In this document: positions 36,115 through 47,333 of the stretch, piece by piece
Position numbering within the stretch: position 1 is the stretch's first letter
Layout of the letters: every line of letters starts with the position of its first letter
Assembly (NCBI GenBank): GCA_963813025.1
Contig: CAWEXO010000011.1
Coordinates: forward strand, 640,001-704,000
Length of the DNA: 64,000 bases
Source of the DNA: an uncultured Verrucomicrobiae bacterium
GTDB taxonomy: Bacteria > Verrucomicrobiota > Verrucomicrobiia > Chthoniobacterales > JAFAMB01
Reading direction: 5' to 3'
Notes under the pieces: model-generated
Database searches by the model: none
Seen by the model: only the letters and a program-made list of their open reading frames with translations
What the model was told of the DNA's origin: nothing
Made by a program: the position numbers and the translations under genes

Positions 36115-38751
36115 TTACAACGACGCGATGAGCGCCCGTGCTCGCTCGACCGCTTCCGGCAACTGGGACGGATCGCGGCCGACTCCGCGGGCCAAATCGG
36201 GGCGGCCCCCGCCTTTTCCGCCGAGAATGCCAGTCAGTTCCTGAACCAATTTCCCGGCGTTGAATTGCGCGGTCAAGGCGCTGGCAACGTAGACAACCAC
36301 GTCGATGCTGCGCGGCGAAACACCAAACAACACGACGACGCCTTCAAATTTCCTGGCCTTTAACGTTTGGGCGATCGCCTGGAGATAATCGTCCGAGCCT
36401 TCCGGGACTACCTCGACGACCCGAGGTTCGCGGATAGTCCTGATAAACTCAGCGGCTCGTCGTTCGAGCGCCGCTTCTTTTTCCTTGTCCGCTGCTTTCC
36501 GGAGCTCGACAACCTGTTGATTCAAGCTGGCGATTTTCGCGGTTTGCTGGTCGAGCTGGCCCGTCAAGTGGTCCCAAGCGGTCAGTCCGGTGAGCGCTTC
36601 CACCCGGCGCACTCCGGCCGCGATGGCGCCTTCGCTGATAATGCGGAAAAGCCCGATCTGGCCGCTTCGTAGAACGTGGGTTCCGCCACAAAGCTCCATG
36701 GAAAAACCGTCGAGGCGCCCCGCGTGGCCGCCAATCTGTACGACGCGCACCTTAGTCCCGTATTTTTCGCCAAAGAACTGCATGATCTCGGGGCGCGCCT
36801 TGACTTCTTCGTAGGGAACCTCGGTCCAGCTCACGGGTTCATCGGCAATAACCCGGGAATTGACCAGCTTTTCGATCGCCCGGAGTTGGTCGCCGGACAG
36901 CGGGGAACTGTTGAAATCGAACCGCAGCCGATCCGGACCGACATAAGAACCCTTCTGCCGGGCCCCTGGATCCACAACCTTATGAAGAGCCCAGTGGAGC
37001 AGGTGTGTCGCCGTGTGATTGGCTTCAATCATGCGCCGGCGCGCCGCGTCCACTGAAAGGGTGACCTCGGTCCCGGTGAGGATCGAGACATCAGCAGGCA
37101 ACTCCAGATAGAAGGTTCCTCCCTGTTTTACCACACCAAGAACCGGAAGGCTGGAGCCATTCGCCAAGATGACCGACCCCGTGTCGCTCACTTGTCCACC
37201 CATCTCCGCATAGAGCGGAGATCGATCAACACTGATCAAGGTCTGCGCTGGTCGATGCTGGACGTTGGTTACGACCGCACTGGCATGCTGGCTCAAGAAC
37301 CCGACAAACTCAGTTGGTGGTGTGTCTCCGGCAGCGACGACCGTTGTTTTCTCCTGGGCCGCGCGGGATCGTACACGTTGTTCCTCGAGGAGACGCGAAA
37401 CCTGGGCAAGGTCGAGTGTGAAGCCACGCTCGCGGAGGAGCACCTCGGTGAGATCAATCGGGAAACCGTAGGTGTTATAGAGCATGAACGCTGCTTCCGG
37501 CAAAAAAATCTTGGTGGAGTGTGAGGAAAGCTGTTCTTCAAAAAGTCGGAGACCACGATCGAGCGTCCGGTTGAACAGCGCTTCTTCCTCGTCCAGAATT
37601 TCTGCCACTCGCGCCTGGTTTTGGCGAAGCTCGGGAAAGGTTTGTCCGAAATTGTCGACCACTGCCGGCATCAGCCGGCGGAGAAATCCGGCGGTGCCGA
37701 AGCCGAGTTGCCGGCCGAACATCACCGCGCGCCGCAGAATCCGTCGGACGACATAATTCCGATCGGTGTTACCGGGCAGGATGCCGTCGGAGATGGCAAA
37801 AACCAGGGTGCGCAGATGATCGGCCACGACCCGGAAAGCGACATCGACGAGCTCCTGTTCGCCCAGGCCAGCCCGGGACGAAGGCAGGGTGCCGCGGTAC
37901 TCTTTGCCGGACAGCAAAGCAATTGCGTCGAAGATTGGCCGGAAAACGCTCGAATCGTAGTTGGAGACCGGATGCTCAAAATGCTTGAAACCGCCACTGC
38001 ACTCAATAATAGCGGACACCCGCTCGAAGCCCATGCCTGTGTCGACGTGGGTCGCTGGCAGAGGTGAGAAAGTACCGTCTGGATTGGCATTGAACTGAAT
38101 GAAGACGAGATTCCAGATCTCGATGCAGAGGGGGTCGCCCTGATTGACCAATCTGGCTCCTGACTCGCCGGCGGGCGTCAGGTCGAAATGAATTTCCGAA
38201 CAAGGACCGCATGGTCCGGTATCGCCCATCATCCAGAAATTATCGGCGCGATTGCCGGGTAGAACGTGAACGCCGGGATCGAAGCCAGCCCGGGAAAACC
38301 ATTCCGACCAATACCGATGAGCTTCTTCATCGAACTGTGCGGGATCGCCTGGGCCCGGCCGATAAACCGTGACATAGAGGCGAGCCGGCGGAAATTTCCA
38401 GCGTTCGACCAGAAGTTCCCAGGCAAAGGCAACGGCTTCTTTCTTGAAGTAATCGCCAAAACTCCAATTGCCTAACATTTCAAAAAAAGTGTGATGATAG
38501 GTATCGAACCCAACGTCATCGAGATCGTTATGTTTGCCGCCGGCCCGAATGCATTTCTGGGTGTCAGCCGCTCGCGGCGGATCAAACGGAGGTTTTTGTT
38601 CCCCGAGAAAGTAGGGAACGAACTGGTTCATTCCGGCGTTGGTAAAGAGCAGGTTCGGCGCGTCTGGAAGCAAACTGGAGGAAGGCACAATCGTGTGTTG
38701 CTTCTCGCGAAAGAAATCCAAAAAAGACTGTCTGATCTCGGCCGCCTTCAT
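36115..38751 (-). CDS. alaS: Alanine--tRNA ligase
   Basis: LLFTNAGMNQF, HHTFFEMLGNWSFG, EIWNLVF, DTGMGFER, HTATHLL, ELCGGTH, GKGGGRP. Confidence 0.97.
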   Translation of the reverse strand: MKAAEIRQSFLDFFREKQHTIVPSSSLLPDAPNLLFTNAGMNQFVPYFLGEQKPPFDPPRAADTQKCIRAGGKHNDLDDVGFDTYHHTFFEMLGNWSFGDYFKKEAVAFAWELLVERWKFPPARLYVTVYRPGPGDPAQFDEEAHRYWSEWFSRAGFDPGVHVLPGNRADNFWMMGDTGPCGPCSEIHFDLTPAGESGARLVNQGDPLCIEIWNLVFIQFNANPDGTFSPLPATHVDTGMGFERVSAIIECSGGFKHFEHPVSNYDSSVFRPIFDAIALLSGKEYRGTLPSSRAGLGEQELVDVAFRVVADHLRTLVFAISDGILPGNTDRNYVVRRILRRAVMFGRQLGFGTAGFLRRLMPAVVDNFGQTFPELRQNQARVAEILDEEEALFNRTLDRGLRLFEEQLSSHSTKIFLPEAAFMLYNTYGFPIDLTEVLLRERGFTLDLAQVSRLLEEQRVRSRAAQEKTTVVAAGDTPPTEFVGFLSQHASAVVTNVQHRPAQTLISVDRSPLYAEMGGQVSDTGSVILANGSSLPVLGVVKQGGTFYLELPADVSILTGTEVTLSVDAARRRMIEANHTATHLLHWALHKVVDPGARQKGSYVGPDRLRFDFNSSPLSGDQLRAIEKLVNSRVIADEPVSWTEVPYEEVKARPEIMQFFGEKYGTKVRVVQIGGHAGRLDGFSMELCGGTHVLRSGQIGLFRIISEGAIAAGVRRVEALTGLTAWDHLTGQLDQQTAKIASLNQQVVELRKAADKEKEAALERRAAEFIRTIREPRVVEVVPEGSDDYLQAIAQTLKARKFEGVVVLFGVSPRSIDVVVYVASALTAQFNAGKLVQELTGILGGKGGGRPDLARGVGRDPSQLPEAVERARALIASL

Positions 38752-38921
38752 CGGGTAAACCGTTCGACTAATGTAGGAACTCGCGAGCTGCAAGGAGGAA
38801 AAGGACCGTAAGATAAGCTTCCAGCTTGCCAGCGCCAGCAATCCAGCCAGCTTGTCCGGCGATTGAGTCAACGAGCGTTACGCGTCGCCGGCGAGAATCT
38901 CGTCGACGCTGCCGGCGCTGA

Positions 38922-39966
38922 TCAGATCCGCCGATGCTGCTCCTCGAGCACGGCCTTTACCGCGACTTCGATCTCTTCGTACAGCGACTGGTCGGCTTTC
39001 AGCGCTTCCTTGGCGGCGTCGCGACCCTGCGCAAGCTGTTGGCCTTTGTACGAGATCCAGGAACCGCGTTTTTCCAGAACGTTTTTTTCCAGTGCCAGGT
39101 CGAGCAGCGCACCCACGTTGGAAATCCCTTCGTTGTACATGATATCGAACTCGGCTTCCGTAAAAGGCGGAGCGACTTTGTTCTTTACGATCTTCACCTT
39201 GGTGCGATTTCCCACCACGACGCCGTCGGTCTGCTTGATCGCGTTAATCCGGCGGATATCGACGCGTACGCTCGCGTAAAATTTGAGCGCCTTTCCGCCC
39301 GGGGTCGTCTCCGGGATTACCAAACATGACGCCGATCTTTTCGCGGATCTGGTTGGTGAACACGCAGCAGGTCCGGGCCCGGGAAATCAACGATGTCAGT
39401 TTACGAAGGGCGGCGCTCATCAGGCGAGCCTGCGCACCAACCGTCGCATCGCCGATCTCACCTTCCAGCTCCGCTTTCGTGACCAGGGCGGCTACCGAAT
39501 CGACGACGATCACGTCCAACGCGTTGGACCGGATGAGCGTCTCACATATCCGGAGTGCTTCCTCACCGGAACTCGGTTGTGAGACCAACAGGTCATCGAG
39601 ATTGACCCCTAGCCGGCGGGCATACTGCGGATCCAGCGCGTGTTCGACATCAATAAACCCAGCCAGACCGCCCCGCTTCTGCGCCTGAGCGATGACGGTC
39701 AGGGTCAGGGTCGTTTTTCCGGAGGATTCCGGGCCGAAGATTTCCACGACTCGACCACGCGGGAATCCGCCAACACCGAGCGCCCGATCTATGAGAATGT
39801 TTCCGGTCGGGATCACTTCGACAGGCGCGATATGATCGTCGCCCAGCCGCATAATTGCTCCTTCACCGTAGTCCTTGGCAATCTGCTGCAACGCCAGATC
39901 GAGATTTTTTTTGCGAGCGGCGTGAGCGGGATCGGGAGCGCTTACCTCGGAGTTCTTGACGGCCAT
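38922..39966 (-). CDS. recA: Recombinase RecA, one apparent +1 frameshift near 39313
   Basis: [36 protein letters not shown] | [16 protein letters not shown]; an extra base in the CCC run breaks NPETT. Confidence 0.95.
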
Positions 39967-40144
39967 CAGGTGAGACTATCAGCGAACGAGGATGAACGTC
40001 AACGGACGAGCCTGCATCGCTCGCAAATCTCCAGGGATTTGCGAGCGGTGCAGGCTGTGGCAGCAGAAGAGAAATACCAATCCCAGATTCACCCTTTTGG
40101 GTGATGGAAAAGCCGCAAAAACGGCCGGATTGTACGCACCTGCC

Positions 40145-40279
40145 ATGAAAACTCGTACCTTGTCTGATTACCCTCTGCTGATCGGTGAGATTCTCCGTAG
40201 AGCGGAGTTACGCAAATTGCGGGCAGCCGAGCGGAGCCGTCGGTTTCGCGAAATGTTCGGTATCCGGCCCACGCGTTAG
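40145..40279 (+). CDS. Possible small basic protein (44 aa)
   Basis: MKTRTLSDYPLLIGEILRRAELRKLRAAERSRRFREMFGIRPTR in the recA-DUF937 gap; no homology recognised. Confidence 0.3.
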   Translation: MKTRTLSDYPLLIGEILRRAELRKLRAAERSRRFREMFGIRPTR

Positions 40280-40579
40280 CCGATCAACGATCTGCCGCGG
40301 AACTTCAATCCCCTCAAGGAACCAGGGTGAATCTGGTGCACCGCCAGCTTCGCGGTGTTCCGGCACGGAACCGTCGAAAACGGGTGAATGCCACTTGTTT
40401 CCTCGATTTCTTCTGGCTTGCCAGATGCCACGGATAGGAAGACGATCGCAATGAGGCCTTGGCAAGCGCGCTCGACCTGCTAATGAGATTGGTTTGAGGA
40501 AACGGTTTGGAAAGATGCAAGGACGCCCGCCCGCTGGCGAATGCATTTGCCGGCCATCATCTACCCAAGCACACATCTT

Positions 40580-41728
40580 ATGGCACTCAACCTTGTCGAA
40601 ATGGCTAAGAGCCAACTTAGCGGAAACGTCCTTGGTCAGCTCAGTTCGTTGATCGGGGAAAGCCCGGAGAAGACGACGTCTGCCACCGGCGCCACATTGC
40701 CTGCGATTTTGGCGGCGGTGACAAACCTTGGCAGCAAACCCGAGGGAGCAACGCAGCTGCTGTCGACATTGCGCAACGTGGATCCGAGCATAGTCGATAA
40801 ATTCTCCAGCCTGCTTGGATCACAGGGCACCAATGTGGCGCAGCAAGGAAATTCCCTGCTTGGCGGCCTTTTTGGTGGCAGCATGATCGCTGGGCTGGCC
40901 GGGGTGGTGGCGAAATTCACCGGCCTGCGCCAGGAAACAGCGACGACCTTGATTGGGACCTTAGCCCCTATGGTTCTGGGTGTGCTCAGCAAGCATACCC
41001 AGGCGCAGGGACTGAACGTGTCGTCTCTCGCCGGTCTTTTGGCTGGTCAAAAGAAAAACGTCGAGGCAGCGCTTCCTCCTGGAATGGCTCCACTTCTGTC
41101 CAACGTTCCGGGTCTCCAAGGCTTCCTTGGGCCGACCGGTGATGCGGCTCGTTCGGCGGCCGACACTTCGCGAGCGGCAGTCTCCAGTGCTGGGCAGGCA
41201 GCCCGGGACACTGCTACGGAGACTCGCTCCAAGATGCCGGGCTGGCTGGTACCACTGGCCGTGCTCGTCGTGCTTGCTTTACTGCTCTTTCAATTCCTCA
41301 AACCTCGACCAGCTCCTCCGGCTGCCAATGAAGCGCCGACAGCGACTGAGACCCCGGCCGCGACCGCTGCCGCTACTGAGACGCCCGCCGCGACTGCCGC
41401 CCCGGCCGGCGCAACGGCCAATTTTACCGGGCAGTTGACCGGCGTGCTCACCGGCGTCACGCAGACTTTGAGCGGCGTCCATGACGCGGATTCGGCCAAA
41501 GCGGCAGTCCCGCAGATCAAGGATGCAAGTTCAAAACTGGACAGTTTAAAGACTGTGTGGGCACAGCTGCCGGACAGCGCCAAAACCGAGGTCCGAACAT
41601 CGGTGACGCCAAAGATCACCGCTGTGCAGGACTTGGTTACCAAGGTTGAGGCAATGCCCGGTGTTGGAGATATTCTCAAACCGGCTGCGGACGATCTGGT
41701 TTCGAAGTTGAAGGATTTGCTGGGCTGA
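40580..41728 (+). CDS. DUF937-like protein with a TM helix, Ala/Thr/Pro linker and helical C-terminal domain
   Basis: MALNLVEMAK, GNSLLGGLFG, LAPMVLGVL, LLAGQKKNVEAALPPG; TM WLVPLAVLVVLALLLF. Confidence 0.75.
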   Translation: MALNLVEMAKSQLSGNVLGQLSSLIGESPEKTTSATGATLPAILAAVTNLGSKPEGATQLLSTLRNVDPSIVDKFSSLLGSQGTNVAQQGNSLLGGLFGGSMIAGLAGVVAKFTGLRQETATTLIGTLAPMVLGVLSKHTQAQGLNVSSLAGLLAGQKKNVEAALPPGMAPLLSNVPGLQGFLGPTGDAARSAADTSRAAVSSAGQAARDTATETRSKMPGWLVPLAVLVVLALLLFQFLKPRPAPPAANEAPTATETPAATAAATETPAATAAPAGATANFTGQLTGVLTGVTQTLSGVHDADSAKAAVPQIKDASSKLDSLKTVWAQLPDSAKTEVRTSVTPKITAVQDLVTKVEAMPGVGDILKPAADDLVSKLKDLLG

Positions 41729-41745
41729 ATGCGCGCCGAGAAACC

Positions 41746-44700
41746 CTAAAGTGCTTCGGCCGCACTTTGCAGGATGCCGGCCAACCGTTCGCGAAATAAG
41801 GGCGAATCCTTCACGGAGAACTCTCTGGCTGTCCGCAATTTTACCTTTTCACCGAAAGGAGAAATGAAGCGCAAGAAGAGAGGCTGCTCGCCCGGAAACT
41901 GCCGGATTAATTCCCGAATGCCTTCCAGCCGGCGCTCGTCCAACTGGTCTGCTGGCAAATCGATAGTGAGCGGGCGAGAAGACTTGTCGGGCGCGATTGA
42001 GCCGATCTCGTTAGCTACCAGACGAACGCCATCCTCTTTTCGATCGAGCCTGGCCTTAACCGAAACTATCCTGGATTTCTCGATCTCGCGAGCCGCACTG
42101 GTATAGACCTCTCCCCAAATCAGTATCTCCACTTGTCCAGTGAAATCTTCGAGGGAGACGATGGCGAACGGTTTGCCTTCTTTTTTGGTAAATTTGCGAT
42201 CGACGGCGACGATCGATCCCGCAATCTGGACAGCCGCTTTGTCGTCCTTGGCCTGCAACTCACCAATCGGCAAGTACGATCCCTGCTCGAGCTGTGTTCG
42301 ATAGCTGTCGAGTGGATGACCCGTGACGTAGAAGCCGAGTAGATCCTTCTCGTACCCGAGTTTCTCGGCCAGAGACCAAGGAGTAAAGTTCACCGCTTCG
42401 CCAATCCTGACAGGAGCGGACTCCAGTTCGAGGTCGCCAAAAAGCGAGACTTGGCCACTCATTCGATCTCTCTGGGCGGAAGCACCCGAACTGAGGGCCA
42501 GATCGATCCGGGCAAAAAGTTCAGCCCGATCTCTACCCGTGAAATCGAAAGCACCCGCCCGGATCAGATTCTCCAGGATCTTTCGATTGACGGAGCGTGA
42601 ATCGAGCCGACTGCAGTAATCCTCCATCGATTTGTACGGACCGTGCGCGAGCCGCTCGGAAATTGCGGCGTCCATGGCAGATTCCCCGATATTTTTGATG
42701 GCGGCTAAGCCATAACGGATCGCGCGCCGGTCGCCGGCCGTCTCCGGAACAAACTTGAGATGGCTCTGGTTGACATCCGGAGGCAGGATGGAAATGCCGA
42801 GCCGCTGGCACTCGGCCACGAACACCGAAATTTTTTCGGTGTTGTTGACTTCGTTGCTGAGCAAGCCGGCCATGAACTCGACCGGATAGTTCGCTTTCAG
42901 AAAAGCGGTCCGATAACTGATCAGGCCGTAGGCGGCGCTGTGGCTTTTGTTGAATCCGTAGCCGGCGAATTTTTCGAGCAGATCGAAGATCGCGTTCGCC
43001 TTTTTCTCCTCGATCCCGTTCACCCGTCTTGCATCCGGCGATGAAGTTGACGCGCTCCTTCGCCATTTTGTCCTTGTCCTTTTTGCCCATCGCGCGGCGG
43101 AGCAGATCCGCTTGGCCGAGGCGTGTAGCCGGCCAGGACATTGGCGGCGCGCTGCACCTGTTCCTGGTAAATCATGATGCCGTAGGTGTCGGCACAGACC
43201 TCCTTGAGCAGCGGATGCTCGTATTTGATTTTGGTCAGACCTTTCTTGCGCTTGATGTAGTCCGGGATCAGCTCCATCGGTCCCGGGCGATAGAGCGCGA
43301 TCAAGGCGATGATGTCATCGATGCTGCAGATATCGAATTGCTTGCAGAGGTGCACCATGCCGCCGGATTCCAACTGAAAAATGCCGATCGTTTCGCCGCG
43401 GTTGAGGAGGTCGAAGCTGGTCTGGTCGTCGAACGGGATTTCCTCGATCGAAAACTCCGGCTCGCGTTGGCGGATCAGGTTCTCGGTATCCTGGATCACC
43501 GTCAGCGTCTTAAGCCCGAGGAAATCCATCTTCAGCATGCCCAGATCGGTCAGCGGACCCATGGCATATTGGGTGATGACCTCGTTATCGTTACCTCGGC
43601 AGAGCGGGATGTAATCGTCGAGCGGCCGATCGCCGATCACGACGCCGGCCGCATGCATGCCGGCATTGCGCGTGAGGCCTTCGAGCACGGTCGCGTAATT
43701 CCAGAGCTGTTGGGTGGCCGGCTTCGGTCTCAACGGCTTTTTTCAATTCCGCATTCTTTTCCAGCGCGAATGTCAGCGTGATTCCAAGTTCGTTCGGGAT
43801 CATCTTCGCGATGCGGTCGGCGTCGGAGTAGCTCAAGCCCATGACGCGGCCGACATCGCGGACGACGCTCTTAGCGCCTAGTGTGCCAAAGGTGATGATC
43901 TGGGAGACGCGCGCAAGCCGTACTTTGCGCGCACGTAATCGATCACTTCGCCTCGCCGGTTCTGGCAGAAATCGACGTCGATATCCGGCGGGCTGACCCG
44001 CTCCGGGTTCAGGAACCGCTCGAAGATCAAGCCGAACCGCAACGGGTCCAGATCGGTGATCTTCGAGCACGTAGGAGACCAGCGAGCCGGCCGCCGAACC
44101 GCGCCCCGGTCCAACCGGAATTCCATTCTGTTTCGCGTAGTGGATGAAATCCCAGACGATCAGGAAATAGCTGATGAACCCGGTTTTCTCGAGCATGCTC
44201 GAGTTCGTACTCGAGCCGGTCGCGCAGTGTCGGAGTCGCTCTCGCGCTCGGTCCCCATAGCTTTCCCGCAAGCCCGGCAAAGCAAAGCTCGTGCAAATAT
44301 GCGTCCCGCGATTTGCCGGGCGGAGGCTCATACGCCGGATATTTCGATGAATCCGAAATCAAGCTTGAAGATCGCACAGTTCAGCGATACGCAGCGTGTT
44401 CGTCAGTGCCTCCGGTACGTGCGGGAAGAGGGCGCGCCATCTCTTCGGGCGATTTGAAGTATACCTCGGTAGGGTAATGCATTCGCCGTTCGTCGTGCAC
44501 CATCGCGCCGGTGCCGATGCAGATCATGACGTCATGTGCTTCATGATGCGAGCGATCCAGAAAATGCACATCGTTCGCCGCGACCGACCGGGATTTGCCA
44601 ACGTTTCGGAGATCTGCAGAAGCGCTCATTGCAGAGATGCTGCGCCTCGATGCCGTGATCATGCAGCTCGAGGTAAAAGTATTCCGGTCCGAAGATATCG

Positions 44701-45198
44701 GCAAACTCTTGGGCCGCGCGTTCCGCCTTTTTTAAATCGTCGTCCTGGATCGCCACGTTGATTTCGCCCTTCAGACAAGCGCTCATACCGATCAGGCCCG
44801 CGGCTGTGCTGCGCCAGGATCTCTTTGTCGATCCGCGGCTTGTAATGGAATCCCTTCCAGATGCGCCGGCGGAGACCAGTTTGACCAGATTGCTATAGCC
44901 TTCGAAGTCGCGCGCCAGGAGAGTGAAATGATAAGCGGCGTCGCGCTGGCCGATGAGGCGCTCCGGTCGGTCATGAGCCGGGCGCCATGTAGACTTCGCA
45001 CCCGATGATCGGCTTGATGCCGGCCTTCGTCGCCGCCTGTAGAATTCGATCGCGCCGAACATGTTGCCGTGATCGGTGATGGCTACGGCGGGCATGCCGA
45101 AATTCGGCCGCCTTTTTCATCAGATCGGGTATCCGGACCAGCCCGTCGAGCAGCGAGTATTCAGTATGGAGATGCAGGTGAACAAAGGAGTCGGACAT
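41746..45198 (-). CDS. dnaE: DNA polymerase III alpha subunit, many apparent frameshifts in 43000-45200
   Basis: [87 protein letters not shown] fold at the C-terminus. Confidence 0.95.
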
Positions 45199-45275
45199 CA
45201 GAAGAAACAGGATAACCGGGAACGAGATAACGATCAATGGTATGAGCGGGGCTGAGCGGACTTAGCGGGGCGTTC

Positions 45276-45440
45276 CGTAGAGCGGACGGCCTCGGGCGTG
45301 TCGGACTTTGGAAAATCTGTAGCACGCCGCCCAAGCGATTGGTCGCCCGAGCGATTAGAGACCGTCTCAGATTGCCGCACTGTCCTGTGCCGGTGCCAAG
45401 GGGTGAAAGCAAGAGTACGGACGAGGCCGTCCGCGCTACG
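45276..45440. repeat. REP doublet of a second type (GTAG + GCGGACGGCCTCGTCCG hairpin) in inverted orientation
   Basis: cgtagagcggacggcctcg (45276-45294) and cgaggccgtccgcgctacg (45422-45440), 18 of 19 complementary. Confidence 0.7.
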
Positions 45441-45477
45441 CAAAAAGCAGGTCCCGCGCTTGCCAGACCACTCCTAA

Positions 45478-46260
45478 CTAAGCGGTCAGTTTCCCGCGGA
45501 TGTCACGAAAGCTGATTTGGCAAAGAATCACGGAGTAGATCAGCAAGGCCAGGCAGTGGAGGAGCACCGGCACCGGCTGCCAATCGCCCCAGGCCGCGGA
45601 TTGCATCAAACGCACTCCATGATAAAACGGAGACAACTGGATGACGGCCGCCAAAAACGTGCCGCGGGGAATCGGGAAAAAGACTCCCGAGAGGAAATAG
45701 ATCGGAGCGATCAAGAAGGAGTAGACCGTCTGGAATTGATTGATATTTCTGACGCGCGCGGCCGAGATCAATCCGATCGCGCCGCAAGGGATCCCGAGCA
45801 TCCCGCCGATAACGGGAAAAAGCAAAACGGCGGCGACCGGATTCGGCAGCAGACCACAAACGAGCAGAACAAGACCGACACCGAAAGCCATGCTGGCCGC
45901 GCGGACAAAAACCCAAATAAACTCGCCGAGAACGACTTCAGCCACACCGATCGGCGTGGTCAGCATCGCTTTGAAAACTGCTTCGAAGCTCATCCGGACA
46001 AAGAAGCCGTAGCTGCATTCAAAGAAGGCTGTGAACAGAGCGGTAGAGGCGGCTAAACCCGGGGCGAGAAATTGAGCGTAAGTGCGGCCTTCGATGTGTC
46101 CAATGAATGGTGATAGACCGAGCCCGAGCGAGGTCAGGATCAAGGCGGGATCGGCCAGGGTAGGCGAAATGTTTGCCAGGAAATCCTTGCGATAGACTAC
46201 CCAGTTGCGGACCACGACCTGCCAAGCGAGTCGCGTAGTGATAGTCAGTTCATTCATCAT
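45478..46260 (-). CDS. ABC-2 type exporter permease (NodJ-like)
   Basis: YAQFLAPGL, AMLTTPIGVAEVVLGE, PIYFLSGVFFP, SPFYHGV. Confidence 0.85.
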   Translation of the reverse strand: MMNELTITTRLAWQVVVRNWVVYRKDFLANISPTLADPALILTSLGLGLSPFIGHIEGRTYAQFLAPGLAASTALFTAFFECSYGFFVRMSFEAVFKAMLTTPIGVAEVVLGEFIWVFVRAASMAFGVGLVLLVCGLLPNPVAAVLLFPVIGGMLGIPCGAIGLISAARVRNINQFQTVYSFLIAPIYFLSGVFFPIPRGTFLAAVIQLSPFYHGVRLMQSAAWGDWQPVPVLLHCLALLIYSVILCQISFRDIRGKLTA

Positions 46261-47215
46261 CGGCGAGGCCATGTCCGGTCAACCGGAGATAGACATCTTC
46301 CAGGTTAGCCGGCCGCAACTGGAGTGCGGTCACCCCGGCAGCAGCCTGCAAAGCAGTTAAATCCTCTAGTCGCGGGACTCGGATGCACGTTTGATGTCCT
46401 TGTTGAAAAACCGGCCAGTCGGGCTGGATCTGTTTCCGGAGGATGGATTCTTCCTGAATCCGGAAATAGCCGACATACCCCGGCGCGTGACGATCGATCA
46501 GATCGCGCGGTGTTCCGGTGGCAATTACTTTGCCATGGTTGAGAATGACCACCCGGTTACAGAGCAGTTCCGCCTCGTGCATATAGTGGGTGGTGATCAG
46601 CACTGTCTTGCCGCTCTGACGATAGTTCAGCACCTTTTCCCAGAGAAGATGGCGGACGGCTGGATCCAAGCCGGTGGTCGGCTCGTCGAGAATGAGGAGT
46701 TCGGGATCGGCCAGTAACGCCCGGACAAAAACCAGGCGACGTTTCATCCCGCCGGAAAGCGAGCGGATCGGCGCATCGCGTTTGTGCTCAAGGGACATTT
46801 CGGCCAGGAGCGCTTCGATTCGGTCGCGGGCTGCCTTCACCCCGAGGAGAGCAAAACGGGCGTAGAGCCGCATGTTCTCGAGCACCGTGAGTTCCTCATC
46901 GAGAGCATTCTCCTGCGGGACCACGCCGAGCCGAGTCTTGATCGTTCTCGCTTCCTTGTGCGGGTCCAGACCAAATACCAGGAGGTTGCCGCCCGAACGC
47001 AAGACCGCTCCGTACAGGCAGCCGATGAAGGTTGATTTGCCGGCTCCGTTTGGGCCGAGTAAACCGACGCACTCTCCCCTGTCCACCTCGAGATCCAGCG
47101 CTTGAAGGGCCTCAGTCTCGCCGAACCGCTTCGTGACGGCTTGGGCTTGGATGACCCCAGCCGGCTCCGACACGGCTCGTCGGGGAGATTGCGGGGTTTC
47201 GATAATCGCCGGCAT
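46250..47215 (-). CDS. ABC exporter ATP-binding subunit (NodI-like)
   Basis: GPNGAGKST, LSGGMKRR, LILDEPTTGLDP, TTHYMHEAE, NLEDVYLRLTG. Confidence 0.9.
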   Translation of the reverse strand: MPAIIETPQSPRRAVSEPAGVIQAQAVTKRFGETEALQALDLEVDRGECVGLLGPNGAGKSTFIGCLYGAVLRSGGNLLVFGLDPHKEARTIKTRLGVVPQENALDEELTVLENMRLYARFALLGVKAARDRIEALLAEMSLEHKRDAPIRSLSGGMKRRLVFVRALLADPELLILDEPTTGLDPAVRHLLWEKVLNYRQSGKTVLITTHYMHEAELLCNRVVILNHGKVIATGTPRDLIDRHAPGYVGYFRIQEESILRKQIQPDWPVFQQGHQTCIRVPRLEDLTALQAAAGVTALQLRPANLEDVYLRLTGHGLADDE

Positions 47216-47333
47216 GAGCGCCAACTAGTCCTAAAGCCCGCCCTCAGGCAAGCGGTGTTTCCTTGCTCTGTCTACGGTTCCCGGCGGCCCATTTTGAACG
47301 TAACGATGGCACGAGTATACGAGAGACGGTGCA

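Noticed and set aside
38922..45198. Programmed frameshifting or true pseudogenisation of recA and dnaE
   Set aside because: Too many scattered indels in core genes whose motifs are otherwise intact; no consistent slippery site; sequencing error is more parsimonious
41746..45198. Error-prone DnaE2 (imuABC cassette) or intein-split DnaE
   Set aside because: Intact PHP motif and C-terminal OB/tail fit replicative DnaE1; no imuA/imuB neighbours; total length leaves no room for an intein
45478..47215. Nod-factor export/symbiosis locus
   Set aside because: NodI/NodJ-like ABC-2 exporters are widespread; no nodABC genes present
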